64,000 nt of DNA from Oikopleura dioica (lineage: Eukaryota; Animalia; Chordata): contig OU015568.1 of NCBI GenBank assembly GCA_907165135.1, positions 13,578,001 through 13,642,000 on the forward strand, given 5' to 3'. The notes beneath the pieces are model-generated. The model saw nothing but the letters and a program-made list of their open reading frames with translations, did no database searches and was not told the origin of the DNA. Below, one piece after another: positions 25,786 to 39,827 of the stretch. Every line of letters begins with the position of its first letter. The first letter of the stretch is position 1. A program made the position numbers and the translations under genes.

Positions 25786-28700
25786 ATGTGGCTTATTGCC
25801 GCATTGTTGACCCTCGTGTCTGGGGCGGCAGATGCGTCCACTTCCAAAGTTTCCATCAACCTCAAAGCTGGTTGGAAATCTCCTCCGATTTATGTAGAAG
25901 CTATTGAGTACATCGCTTCTCTCGGTGACCAGGATGTTTTGTTCAAATTCATCGAAATGGTTAGCTACATTCCGGAGCTCAATGAGAAATCGGACATCGA
26001 GATCTATGATACAGTAAACACACTTGTGAACGGCATGAAACTGTCCAAGGCGGACATTCGAATGATGAACTTCGCCCTCTCGCTTCATATTTTCTCCCCT
26101 AAAATCGAGGCCACGCGGAGTAAATGGATCGAAGCCCCTAGTGATTGTAGTTCAGTCTTCTTCTCGTCCGCCGGATCATCTTTTTGTGAACTTGAACCTG
26201 AAGAAATTGGCGAGCCAGCTGCAGTACAGACCGATCTCGTCCTAATCCCAGGATCAAAAAAGATCATCATGCATGGAATCGCTGAAGCCGCCGGTTTCTA
26301 TGACCGATTGCAGGCGGCTAAAGTATTTTGCACGCGCAATAACATTGGACTCTCCTTGAGATGGCAATTTAGCGATGATTTGTGTGCCACTTCATCGTTA
26401 ACTGGTTACGGTGTTGAGTTGCGTTTGAAATCGACCGAGTACAAAGCATCCGATGATTCGATGGAGAAAGAAGACGACGATGATTTAGTCAAGACTGCAG
26501 CTGGATTCGACTTTGAAATCCTTTCTAAACGATTCCCGGACTTGCAGAAAGAAATAAAGAAGTTCTCAAGATACGTGTCCGATAGTTCTCAAGAAATCCA
26601 GCCGATGAAAAAGTGGCAAATGGGCGATCTCTCTTACCAAGCTGGTCTTGCCGCTCATGAAGCATTCTCAAAAGACGGCCCTGAAGCAGGTCTTGAATCC
26701 CTCCAAAAGATCAGCGGCAACTTTCCACAAATGGCCATGCGTCTTGCACGATCATCCGTACCTTCAGCGTTTAAAAAAGAGGTGAAGAAAATCTCCGAAT
26801 CTCTTTCTCAGACAGTTGGAGTTCGCCAAGGCGAGTCGTACTTTTCCATAAACGGAATGCCCGTTGATCTCACGTCGCAGTGGGGTGATCCTTTCCAACT
26901 TTTCGAGACTGTCAAAGGCGAACTAAAAGTAATGGAAAAACTAGCTGGACTTGGAATAACTGGAGACCTTGCTCAGTCGATTCTTCAAGCTCCCGAGCCT
27001 CAAGGATCGTCATCCGAAGCTGTTTTAAAAATACCTGGTGATAACGAGGGACTTGTGTGGCTAAACAACATAGAAAGTGATAAAAAATACGTTCAATTTG
27101 GCCAGTCACTGCAAGAATTTCTCCGCCCTACTTTTCCAGGCGTTATCAGACGACTTCGCTACAATTACCTTAATTTGATGGTCTTCGCTGATCCGCTCAA
27201 TAAAGAAATTCACGCGATTCATGATGTTATCGATACGCTTTCTCAGAATAATCTTCCCGTCCGGGTGGGTATCGTCTTCACTGGTAGTTCCGATGAATCC
27301 CTGGCTGCTTCTGCCATTTTCCACTTCTTATCGAAGCGTAGCAAAGAGAAGAATAAGTCGAACATGTACACGTGGAACAAGTGGATTGCCCTTTTGGAGG
27401 AAAATTTTGATTCTGCTTCGATCAAGAAATTAGGAGTTGAAAAAGACGAAATAACATCGAAAGACTCTGAATTCTTCCAGGCAGCCGTCAAAATGCAAAA
27501 GTACGGCGATCGAATCGGCGTTGGCACTGCCAGCTCGATTCTCATCAATGGAGCGGCAATTAAAAATCTCGTTTTTGGGGAGGGAATTGAAGAAATTGTT
27601 TATCAAGAAATGCTCGAAGCAGTTCCAGATATTCAACGCGCGATCTACTATGGAACTTATCGCGGGGAAGTTAGTTTTACCGAGTACTTCAACAGTCGAG
27701 GCGGAGTGGTTACTCGTTTCAATCAGGATATTCTCAAAGCTCCAGTGCTAAACATCGACTTGACAACACTCGACTTCGATGGAGAGTATCACGGCGACGG
27801 AAATATTTGCACCTTCTGGGTTACAACTGATTCTGAAACATCTCAAGTCGCCCATGAAGCACTCGAACATCAAAAATCATCGAAAAATTCAAGAACAGCG
27901 ATTATTAACTGTTCTGAATCGTCAAAGCTTTGCGAGTCTTTGGACAAAGATGCAGTTTACATCAATGGCCGTGCTTATACAAAGAACACCCAGAGCTTCC
28001 TTGCCGCGGACTTTGCCCTCCTAGAAACACTAGCGATTCAATTTGGAGCTAATAAGATCGCTCACTTGCTCAAGTCTTTTGACAATGATGTCATCACAAA
28101 AACAATCAACATTCTTTCTTCCCAGACTGAGATCAAGTCCCGGAAATCAGTTTCCTTCCCAGCGGCTAAATACTCGCTCTTGGATTTTGAGCCTTTGCGC
28201 AAAAATGAAGCTTCATTCGATGTCATCGCTGTCTTGGATCCTGCATCGGAAGATGCCCAAAAGATGATCCCTATTATTTCTACTCTCCGTAAAGTCGTTA
28301 ACATGCGGCTAAAGATCTTCCTCAACTGTCAGGAGAACTTGTCTGAGCTCCCCGTCAAATCTTTCTACAGATTCGTTATCAGCGATGAATTCCGTGAATC
28401 TGATAAGACAAGGGCCGTTTTCAAGGGACTCCCTCAACACTCTCTTCTTACAGCCGCCGTCGTTCCTCCAGAATCATGGATGGTCGCCGCTGTCGATGCT
28501 GTCCATGACTTGGACAACATCAAGCTCGTAGATCAAGGAGATGTCTATGCTGGTTTTGAACTGCAGCATTTGCTACTCGAAGGACAAGCCGTTGATGTTT
28601 CTAATGGTTCTCCTCCTCGAGGAACTCAATTTGAACTCGCCAAAACTGATGTTGCTCTCGATACACTTGTCATGGCTAATCTTGGCTACTTCCAGTTTAA

Positions 28701-29994
28701 AGCTTCCCCTGGCTTTTGGAATCTGAATCTTCGCGAAGGATTGTCTAAAGATATCTATGAAATCAAGGAAATCGAGGCAGACGGAAAAGAACAAGGTGAA
28801 ATTATGATGACATCTTTTACCCCGAAGAGCATCCGAGTCGGCGTTGCGAAAAAATCGGGAATGGAAGATATGGACGTTCTCGGCAAGGCTGATGATCGAC
28901 CACAAGTAAATAACGATGAGGGGTCTATTTGGGATCGCGTAGGAGAGGCGGTAGGCCTTAAATCTAAGAAGGTGCTATACTACTTTTTTTTTCACTTTAT
29001 AGAGTTTTTTAGGAGGTCAAAGAAGAGCCTAAACCGGAGGTCGAAACCATCAATATCTTCTCTCTCGCCTCTGGACACATGTATGAGCGTCTCATGCGAA
29101 TCATGATGCTTTCAGTGGTCCGAAAAACAAATACTAAAGTCAAATTTTGGATCTTAGGAAATTACGCCAGTCCGGCTTTTAGAAAATCTTTACCAATCGT
29201 GTCCAAAGAATTCGGTTTTGAATACGAGTTCGTCCAATATAAATGGCCTAGATGGCTGAATGCACAAAAGGAAAAGGTATATTATGATATCTTTCATATT
29301 CTTCATTATCTTAGCAACGAACAATGTGGGGCTACAAGATTCTCTTCCTTGATGTCCTCTTTCCTCTTTCTGTGGACAAGATTATCTTCGTCGATGCTGA
29401 TCAGATCATCAGAGCTGACTTGAAGGAGCTGGTCGAACTAGATTTGGAAGGCAATCCTTATGGTTACACACCATTCTGTGACGATCGTAAAGAAATGGAT
29501 GGCTTCCGATTTTGGAATGGTGAGTCAATTAAAAATTGTATTATGACTCCACTTATTCTAATTTAGGTGGGTACTGGAAACAACATCTTGCTGGACGAAA
29601 GTATCACATTTCCGCAATTTACGTCGTCGATCTTAAACGATTCCGTCAACTTGCTGCAGGGGATCGACTTCGAGGACAGTACCAAGGGCTCTCACAAGAT
29701 CCTAACTCGCTCGCAAACTTGGATCAAGATCTACCGAATAACATGATTCATCAAGTCGGAATCAAGTCTTTGCCGCAAGAATGGCTCTGGTGTGCCACTT
29801 GGTGCTCCGACGAGTCCAAAGCTCGAGCGAAAACCATTGATCTCTGCAATAATCCTCTTACAAAGGAACCTAAACTTGTGGCTGCTGCGAGGATCGTCCC
29901 CGAATGGACTGGATACGATGAAGAAATCAAACTTATCCTTCAAGGCGAGAAGCCAGTAGAAAAAGAAAACTTTAATGTCAAGGAAGAACTTTAA
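25786..29994 (+). CDS. UGGT1: UDP-glucose:glycoprotein glucosyltransferase
   Basis: Signal peptide; [17 protein letters not shown]; [15 protein letters not shown]; [22 protein letters not shown]; [12 protein letters not shown]; C-terminal KEEL ER-retention-type motif. Confidence 0.97.
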
Positions 29995-30187
29995 ATAAAT
30001 GTCGAAATTCCTATCGAATGTGTCTTTATTCATTTTTGAAAAAGCAAGGAATTTTTTTCAAGGTTAGGATTCAATAGGGAAAGCGATGGAATAAAACGCA
30101 TCTTATGTTTAAAATTGAAAAATAGCTGAATCGTACTTTTCACAAGTAAAATCTATGACTGGTCGTCCCTAGCAACCGATTTTTAGA

Positions 30188-30394
30188 ATGTTCGGCTGCG
30201 CTGGTTGCATTGTTTGTACCGTTACAAATTATCTTTATGTTTTCGTCGCGTCATTGTTTTCGTACTTTTTCAAATTTTTCTTCCTTCTCGACACTACGAG
30301 TCTCGTTATCTGCTTTGCTTCATTAACATTCGTGGGATATTGGATCAGTACATATTTCAAGAGAAGCAATACTGACGAAAAGAAGACCGAATAA
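30188..30394 (+). CDS. 68-aa small hydrophobic protein ending in a KKxx motif (KKTE)
   Basis: ATG directly after a TTTTAG acceptor; two hydrophobic segments; C-terminal di-lysine; lies between two co-oriented genes. Confidence 0.55.
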   Translation: MFGCAGCIVCTVTNYLYVFVASLFSYFFKFFFLLDTTSLVICFASLTFVGYWISTYFKRSNTDEKKTE

Positions 30395-30615
30395 GTTCCT
30401 TTTTATTCCTCTCAAAATGATTTTCTGTAGTAATTTCCTTTGTGCTCCAATTTCTGTCTTTATTTTTGATTCAGCTATTCGTTTTCAACAATAATTTATA
30501 TAAAATTTATTAAAAGCCTATAAAAATATATAAAAATATATAAACTCATCAAAATTTATAAAAATATATAAGCATGTACATAACTAGCTCGAAAATGAAC
30601 GAATTTTTTAAGAAA

Positions 30616-33542
30616 ATGGGTGGAGAATCGAATCTTCCAACAGAAGAGTCTGAGCTAGTCTCGCTCGAGAAAGATTTCCAAGAAGTCATCTCTGAATTGA
30701 CAGATGATCCGAAGTTAACCAAGTTTCGCATTGAATATGAGAAAATCCACGACGCTCTCAAGCGCATCTTAGAAGCGAATGGACGGCTGCAAAGGCAGAA
30801 CAGAGAACTTAATGCCGAGATTGTATCAAATTCCGCAAAAGTAGCGCAAGTGACGAAAATTTGCCAAGACGATCAGGCAACGAGAGGAGAAATATAATTA
30901 TAAATCTGAAATAATGAATTTAAAAGTTTGATTATTTTACAGAGAATTTCTCACCTCCGAAAAGGCAAATATCGAGCGGCTCAATGCAGAGTTAGAAAAA
31001 GCATGGAAACTTGTTGACGGCGCGCATGAAAAAGAACATCGAGCGCGAGAGACAATCAAGCAGTTAGAGCGAGAAATTCAAAATCTAACCGACCTGATTG
31101 AATCTGGAAAGCTCTCCAACGCTAGCAACTTGAATGAAGAAACTGAACTGATTGGCAGACGCGATGACGAACGTAAAACTAACTCTCAGTTGCTCGAAGA
31201 GCTGACCCAAGTCAGAGAGCAGCTAAATCAAGCGGATGAGAACTACTCGCGTATTCAAAAAGAGCACCTCGAAGCGCAAGAAGCTGTGATTGAAATGCGA
31301 GACCAGCTCTTCAAAAAGCAAAACGATATCACTCAAGAGCAGAAGCGCGGTGATGTGATTCAACGCGACCTGGACAAGACCAGAGAAGACATCAAGAATC
31401 AAGAGAAGAAAGTTAAAGGACTCGAAAGCGACCTAGCAGATAAACGAGTCCAACTTCAAGACACTGAACGACAGACTCGTGATTTTAGAATCGAATGCGA
31501 CAAGAAAACGAAAGAGAATCGCCTTCTCGAAGAGCGAATTCACAATTTGAAGTCAAAAATCGACTCTTTGGCTCATGAAAATGAGAAGTCTACGCAGGAG
31601 ATCAATGACGGAAAGAAAGAACTGAGCATGAAATCAATCGAAATTCGAGATCTCAACAACGAGATAAAGAAAGTCAAGACACAACGAGAACTGGCAGAGA
31701 AGAAACTCAAATCGATGGAAGAATCAAGAGCTTCGCTGGAAGAACAGCGAGATAATTTGAAGCGCGAAACCGCTCGACTTGAACAAGACACTGAATCTGC
31801 TAGGATTCAAGCTGATTTTGACAAAAAGGAAATCGAAAAACTGACTCGAGAACGAGACCTAATCAACAAAACCCTTCAAAAAGCGTCCTCTCAGACTCAG
31901 AAGCAAGTGAACTTGGTAAAACTGCATGAACAGCAAAAAGCGAACTTGGAAAACGAGATTCAACAATTTCGAGATGAAGCAGCTAAACAACGAAAACTAA
32001 TCTATGCACTTGAGAAAGAAAGAGATAAATACATCAACGAAGCTTCCGAGAAATCCCAACAAGTTCTTCAGTACCTCGATGAAGTCAAGGAAAAAGAAAT
32101 GTCGATTTTTGATTTGAAGAAAGAAATCGCCATGGGAGATACTAAACTCAAGCAGCAGACAAATCTGTATGAGGCTTGCCGCGCCGACAGAAATTTGTAT
32201 TCGAAGAATCTCGTCGAAGCAAATGATGAGATTCTTGAGATGAAACGCAAACAAGACTTCCTGAAGAACCAAATCGACCAGCTCAAATATGAAATCAATG
32301 CCAAAGAAAATGCTCATCATGATGTCACTAAAGAAATCAACAAAATGCAAAAAGAAAAGAACGACTTAAAAGCTTTCATCGCGACGATGAAGGAAAGATA
32401 CAGCAAGTCCGAGGAGCAGCTGAAAGACCACGAAAAAGAAATCGCTCGACAGCAGAGCTCCCTACGAGAAGCAGAAGCTGAGCGAAAGAAACAAAAGAAC
32501 GCCCTTGATCAGGTTATATTTTCGATTTCAAAGCTTGATTCTAAAAGTGTTTACAGGTTGTCACCGAGAGAGATATTCTTGTTCGACAGCTCTTCAGACG
32601 CAACGACGAGTTAAGGTAAATCAATAAATCAAATTAATCGCAATTTATTTGTCACATTAAGCGATCATATGACCAATTTAAACTATATTTAGCCTGGTCT
32701 ACGAGAAGATCAAACTGCAACAGGCCACCATGTCAAAGGGAGAACTTCAGTACAAGCAGCGCCTTGAAGACCTTCGGTAAAAATCTCCCTTTTCATAGCG
32801 ATAAATTTTTCTAGAGTTTTGAAGCTTGAGATCAGAAAGCAGCAAAGGGAAAAACAAATTCTCAAGAATACTCTTTCAAATGCTGACGAGCTACGACGAG
32901 AGATCTTCAACACACAAAAAGAGCTTCTCAAAGAACGAACGAAATGTAGGGCTCTTGCCGAAGAGCTTGAAAATCCATTGAATATTCATCGATGGCGACG
33001 ACTCGAGGGAAGTGATCCAGCTAGCTACGAACTCATCCAGAAAGTCCAGGTATACATTTGTCCTATTTGCTGATCCTAGTGAATCCAAGGCTCTCCAAAA
33101 ACGGCTGATCGAAAAGAACGAAGAAGTCGTAAAGACCGACATGATGATCCAGGAGAAAGAGAAAATGTACATGGAGCTAAGAGAAATCCTCGCTCGACAA
33201 CCAGGACCTGAAGTTGTTGAGCAGCTCGCGGAGTTCAAAAACGCCCTGCGTCACAAGACAAAACAACTTAAGGTATTCAATAATTGTCCTGTCTTTTTCT
33301 TACTTGATTTAATTAAAGCGTCTTGCTGCTGAGCTTAACATGTCTGAAAGCCAGCAGGAGCAGCAAGAGATGGAGATTCATAAGATCGCCCGAGAGCTTC
33401 AGGTTCGAACAGAAGATTCTCTTCGTTGATTTCATTTTTAATTTAGGAAATAAAGCAGAAATATCTTGCTGCTAAAAACGAGAACACGCTCGCAAAGAAG
33501 CAGAATTCTACCATTCTCAAAGATCCCGCGATGTTATGGTAG
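30616..33542 (+). CDS. CFAP58: Cilia- and flagella-associated protein 58
   Basis: LEKDFQEVISEL..KFRIEYEKIH..ELNAEIVSNSAKV; long coiled coil; ELENPLNIHRWRRLEGSDP; LARQPGPE. Confidence 0.93.
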
Positions 33543-33841
33543 ATCGACCAGTCATAACAGGCGGCGGCTTCCATTTAAAGAACACTGTAACTACGTAATT
33601 TAATTTACGATCACATCCTATTGACCTTTTCCCACGGGAATGATTCAAGTCATTTCCACTCTCTTCCTCTACATTTTTCTTCTTTTCTACTATTGTGCCT
33701 TCTATCTTCAAATTTTCCTTGTCTCCACGCCTTCCTATACCAAAAAGTTCCATTCACATTATTCTATTTTATTATTACTCAAACATTGATCTATTTTCTT
33801 ACGATCGTGCATCAGCTGTCCAAACATAGAATAACTTCAGA

Positions 33842-35295
33842 ATGGATATTTCGAAGCCACAAATTCTGACATACGCGGAGAAGAGCTTGAACTACACTGT
33901 TCATTGCGCTCGATGGGTACCCCAATCTAATCGCTTTGTGGCACTTGGAGAGCGGCCTCGGGGTACTGGTGCTTTTCAAATCTATGAACTCAATGGACCC
34001 GAAATAAAAATACAGTGGATACGGAAAAGACTGGAGCATTCAGGTGCGGAACATTCAATGCTTCCGACACTCGTCAACTGGCAGTTGGCGACTTCCACGG
34101 AAAAATGAGCATAATCGGTAAATTAAATGCGAACTTTGGTTGAGCCGCTTTTGAAGCGTCAACTTTAGCATTTTAGCCTTATAAAGGCAATGAGTAGGCA
34201 ATAACACCGCGGTTCAGATCTTGAAAATCACTCGAAACCCGTTTATGTCTCTGACGCCCATAATGGCATAATAAATAGCATCGATGGCTGCGGGGGAGCT
34301 CGGTAAGGAATTTGCGCTTTTTCGATTTTTTGACTTTTTGAAGAGGCCACGGTGCACCTGAAATCGTTACGGGAGGCAAAGACGGGTGCGTTCGCGTTTG
34401 GGATCCAAGGCAAGGACTCATTTTATTGGTGATCCGAAACATAATTAGCTCGTAAGAATAATTAGTAATAGTCCGAAAACAGACAGAAAAATGTACCAGT
34501 AGCAGAAATAGAGCCAGAAGATGGACAAAAGGAAAATGCCCGAGATTGCTGGGCAGTAGCTTTTGGCAATGCATTTAATGCCGAGGATAGAATGATTGCC
34601 GCTGGATTTGACAACGGAGACGTAAAATTGTTCGACTTGAAGGCGATGAAAATTCAATGGAGCACGAATGTCCAGAATGGAGTCTGTAGCCTTTCTTTTG
34701 ATAGAATGGGTGAGAGAAATCAGAAAAACATATCGATAAGTGTTAATAGATATTGAAATGAACAAATTGGTTGCATCAACGCTCGAAAATAAAATTCACA
34801 TTTGGGACTTGCGGACGCAGCACAAAACAGAAGGCTTCGCTCATCACATGTTTCGTCACGAGAAGTAAGCTTCAGCTTTAGAAAATATCTAAAAAGAGAC
34901 GAAATCATACTGATGTCATTATAACTGAATCCATTCATAGCAATGATGCTAGTACGTCCACAACAGTTTGGTCAGCAGTTCATCTTCCACAAAATCGCGA
35001 CATTTTTGCAACTGCTGGTGGCAACGGAACGGTTTGATAAATCACCTGTCAATATAATTTGTACGCTCCATAGATGAACGTCTGGCAGTATAAATATCCT
35101 GACAAAAGAGTTGAAGAGAAGGGAGGCGAAAAAGTTGGCGTAGCAGGAACTGCCGAGCTCATTCAGAAACAAATCCTCGCCACTCAACCTATCAACTGCA
35201 TCGACTTTCATCCTGACAAATGTGGCCTCGCAGTAATGAGTGGCTATGATCAAGCTGTGCGCGTGGCGCTTGTGTCAAAGTTGAACAACTACTAA
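33842..35295 (+). CDS. DNAAF10: Dynein axonemal assembly factor 10 (WDR92); apparent 1-nt frameshift near 34010
   Basis: [35 protein letters not shown]; [14 protein letters not shown] in the shifted frame; [14 protein letters not shown]; C-terminal [34 protein letters not shown]. Confidence 0.92.
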
Positions 35296-35427
35296 TCATT
35301 ATCTTCCATCCATTTTCCACTACCTGCCATGTGCCTCAGACGTTATGTATTTTATATCCATGATAATTTTACTTTTCTACATCCACGAATCATTCCCCAA
35401 TTTCAGATTTCATGCGATAAAGAATGT

Positions 35428-38192
35428 ATGTCGGGGTTACGTAGAAGCCAAAATCATCAATGGCTGACCTCAGATATGCTAGGCCAAGGGGCCACGGGAG
35501 GTGTTTACAGAGGGTGGCGTATTGATACGGGTGCTTCTGTCGCTGTGAAAACCTTCAATACAGTAGGCCTCCAACGACCCAGCCATGTGCACAATCGAGA
35601 GTTTGACATTCTCAGGGCAATTAGCCACCCTAACATTGTGCAAATGTTTGCTGTCGAAGAGGAAGAGCGCTCAAAAGAATCCGTCATTGTCATGGAACTT
35701 TGTACTGGAGGCTCTCTTTACAACGTTCTCGAAGAGCCAGAATATATCTACGGCCTTCGTGAAGAGCACTTGCTGAAACTTATTTCCGACGTAACTAACG
35801 GAATGTCGTACTTACGGGAAAAGGTCAGCTCTTGTCCTTATTCATGAATCATAAAAAATTCTCATATTTTAGGAAATTATTCACCGGGATATCAAACCAG
35901 GAAACATTCTACGCTCGGATCGATCTGCTTCAGCTTGCTGGAAACTAACGGACTTTGGTGCTGCTCGTCAACTAAATCAGGATGCTCAGTTCATGGTGAC
36001 TTTTCCCGTGATCTTTAAATCAAGTTATACTAGCATTTTGTAGTCCCTTTACGGAACAGAAGAATACTTACATCCTGATATGTATCAACGGGCAGTTCTC
36101 CAAAATAGGCAGGCCTCTGGCTGGGATGCTACTGTTGACCTTTGGTCCTTAGCAGTTACATTCTACCACGCAGCTACTGGACAGCTACCTTTCAGGCCAT
36201 TCAACGGTCCTCGTAAAAATCCGCAAACAATGGGAAGGATGACGAAGGAAAGACCCGCAGGGGCAATAATGGCGGTTCAACAACATTCGCCTACTGGAGA
36301 AATTCAGTGGGGTCATGATCTACCCAAGACATGTAGACTTGTTGGCAGATTCCGAAAATCTGTGTCGCAGTTGATCGCTAGTTTGATGGACGGGTGTTCT
36401 TTTGATGACTATTTTGTGCAAGCAGAAAGCATTCAGGGGATGAAGCAAGTGTATGTGTTTGAGTGCGCCACCTCGAAACTTCTTCCAGGTTAGATCAAAA
36501 ATTGTAATATAGTCTATGCAGCAAAGACAGTCACAAACTGAATGTGTCACATTCAATACTATTCATCCAAGAGTCTGGGATCTCAGACAGTATGTCATGT
36601 TTCGCTGACATTCATCCCTAACCTAGACTAATTGGCTCTCAGACTAGTACATTCAGCCTAGCGTGGGTCTTTTTGAGCCCCATGTTAGTATGAAGGCTCA
36701 ATTTGACCAATTGTTTAGTCTATATCCAACTTCCGGCTACCATATCCCAGCTCAAAGAAGCAACCAAGTCTGAGCTGCCTAAAGATAAAAGTAAAGAAAA
36801 ACTCGATTTCTTTATATGGCGAGGGCAACTTCTCGGCATGTCTAGCATGATACCAGAGGAATCGCGCCTCGATGAGCCAATTATTTCCCTGGGACTTATC
36901 GAAAAGGGCCCACTTCATTTGCCACATACAGCCAAGCCGCCAAGTATAAGCTCTTACCAGAGTGTGGATCAGGATACGCAACTGGCGCGACTTTGCTGTG
37001 GAACTCTTTTTGATATTGCCAGAACTGTGGAATATCTGACGCAAATTGAATCAGCAGCAGATTTTGCCGCTATTCAGGTAGGAGGCCAATTCCACTGTTT
37101 CCGCATCTGCGCATCATTTCAAGGTCGACAGAGTGCGAGATCATGCACTTGTTCAACTGAAAGCCCTGCAAGAGAGCCTCCACCAAAATCTCAACAGCTC
37201 ATCACAAATAGTCGACACTCTCTCTGGTTTAAATATCTCCACAGCATCTGTTCGGCGACTTACTGGCGAGGTCAGAAAGTTGCGTGAAGAAGCATCAACT
37301 GTTTCAAAGCAATACCAGCAGTTAGAAGAAGACAAACTCAAACTAAAGAGGAATTTCTTGAGCCTACCGGAGGTACTTTACCAGCTAAATATTTCCGGTT
37401 ACAAAATTATAAGGGCGTTCATGTAAGAATATGTCAAGTTGCTGACCAAGCAAGCGAAATCTATACTGACATGAAGAGAAGGCGTTCTGCAAGAACCTCA
37501 TCTCCTGCTGAGTTAGCATGTCATAAAGCGCAGCGTCTAAGACTCAAGAAATTTTGGTGAGGGCAGAACAAACTAGGACAATTATATTATTGTCTATTCA
37601 GTGCTGAGCTTGTCTCGATTTTTGCCGAGAAAACATTCCCTTTGATGAAAAAGCGACACCAATCAACTACTTCTTATTTTCACCTTATTCTGAAACAATT
37701 GCGGCTTATCGAGATGATAAAACAGTCCACGCTTCAACTCAAGAAAGGTGACGCAATCGTTTAACGACGTAGCCCGTGCGGATTTTCCAAATGGAAATGA
37801 CGAGCCATAAATTTTCATTCGCAACGGAATTACAAGATAAATTAAAAGCTGTGTTCAGACTGCCACTCGCTCCACGATCTGAATAAAGCAGCGAAATCAG
37901 AAAGTCGAGAAGCTTTCTTGAAAAACTCCAAGGCCTCAAACTCTGATCTAAATGAAACTTCTTTGGGTCCTTTGACGAATCTTGATGCGGAGAACTTGAC
38001 AAATCTGCTGCAAAATGAGCTTCCTACAATATATCAAGGAATTCAACGCAATGATAATCTAATCAATGTCATAAAGGTTTTGCTAAAGCCTCGATGCAAA
38101 ATACTATAATTCATTTTAAGAACCTTCTCGTGCAAGAAAACGGCAAGCTTGATCTTAATCAAGCGATTCTGAACATTGCTCCAAACTATTGA
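35428..38192 (+). CDS. TBK1: TBK1/IKK-epsilon family Ser/Thr kinase
   Basis: [73 protein letters not shown]; ubiquitin-like and coiled-coil C-terminal exons. Cannot separate TBK1 from IKBKE. Confidence 0.9.
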
Positions 38193-38449
38193 AAGCGGTG
38201 CTCATCGATATTTGCAGTTCCATAATTCCTCCTTCCATTTCAGTCGTATTTCATCATTTCTTCCCACTGTTCTTTCCCTGCCAGGCTTCTATTCAGATAC
38301 GTTGCTGTAACTTTCCGTTCATTGATGCAATAAATGAGATTTCAAAGAAATTTAGTCAATAACCATGTTTTTAATTCTCTTCTATGATCGCACAGAGAGA
38401 ATTAGTACGATTTCAAATCCATTGCGTGAGCAATGCTCATTGAGCATTT

Positions 38450-39545
38450 TCAGCGTCTTGCAGCGAGTGCTTTTTCAACTGCAGCTTTTGATTGGCTTTT
38501 TTTTAAATTATTCCTAAAATGATCCTAACCAGATTGACCCCGAATGGAAATCAGTTTGGATTAGTGCTATTAAATAGCCAAGCTTGTGTTGCCGGCTTAA
38601 GCACATGGTCGACGAATCTGTCTCCATCGCTAGCAGCAGTTTCCATGATTTTTGAAGTCATCTCCGCTCTCAGTGCGTTTTTGGTGCGCATTCTAGCATC
38701 GAGCGGGATAGTTTCCAACCTCTCGAAGAAGAGAGTTGATGATCTTTTTACGTCATTCGTCACCACATCCACAAGACCAATGCTCTAAGCTTCGATGAGT
38801 AAAAAATATTCCGGAGAGACTCAATAATCGGCTTAAAAGGTTTTTAGAATACGAGATGTTCAAATCGAACTTTAAATCTCAGTAATCCATTTCGTGTAAT
38901 TCTTCGCTAAAAATTTACCAGGGCCTCTTTCGGTAAGAACACCTGTCCTTCGATCAACGCCTTTTCGGCTTGCCGACGTCCCACAATATCCACCAAAAGC
39001 TGACAAAGCCAAGGGGGACAGGAGAAATTGTATCGAGTCTCGTTCAGACCGATTACGACATCTTGAGAATCTCGTATGATCCTGTGGTCGCCAACCATGG
39101 CGAGCATGCATCCCGCAAGGATAGCAGTGTCTTCGATTTCCACCACTAAAGGCTTCTTCATTCCGTAAAGTTTTGCCGTTGTTCGTTGAACTAAATCACT
39201 TTCGATATCAAGCTAATTTATACAGCCAATAAACCTAGCATCCAGTAATCATGCAAATCGCTCGCTTTAGGCTTGTAGAATTCCTCCAAATCAAGTCCTG
39301 CAGTAAAAACATTTCGATTGTTCGAACATAAAACCGCGCCAGAAATATCTGGTGAGCTGTCAATAAGATCAATACTGTCAGATATTTTCTTTTGTAAGTT
39401 AGCAGCAAAAAAAAGTTAACGGAATTCTCGACGTCTATGCGCCAACGTTTTCCTGAAACGTTGCTCTATTCAGAAGGTTCGCCGGAGGATTTGACATTTC
39501 AATCCGGAAGATAGAGCCAGCGAATCTTTTTGAAGCAGAAAGCAT
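38450..39545 (-). CDS. ECI1: Enoyl-CoA delta isomerase 1, mitochondrial
   Basis: MSNPPANLL, VFTAGLDLEEF, AGCMLAMVGDHRI..IGLNET (catalytic Glu retained), GRRQAEKAL. Confidence 0.88.
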
Positions 39546-39827
39546 TCTTTAACCTTTCCTAGAAGTTATTCCGTTTTTGTGAGATGAGAAACTGCAATCA
39601 CGCGAGTTGCTCAACTATAGACATTAAATCATACATTATCCGTTTATTATTTTCATATCTTTGGAAGAAGCAGGTACTAGGTACATCGAGATGAGTGAAA
39701 TGAGGTTGAAACACGTACAGAAGCAGAGATAGAACAAATATTTAGCTGGGTCAATTTAAACATATTGGCAATATGATATTGCAACGGATTACGCCCGTTT
39801 ATGAGTCGTCTTTGTTGTTGTCCAAGA

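Noticed and set aside
30490-30575. ATAAAAATAT-type short AT-rich repeats
   Set aside because: Low-complexity intergenic sequence; too short and degenerate to call.
38420-38450. TGAGCAATGCTCA palindrome in the convergent TBK1/ECI1 3' region
   Set aside because: A single 13-bp palindrome is expected by chance in 64 kb; eukaryotes do not use intrinsic hairpin terminators for Pol II genes.
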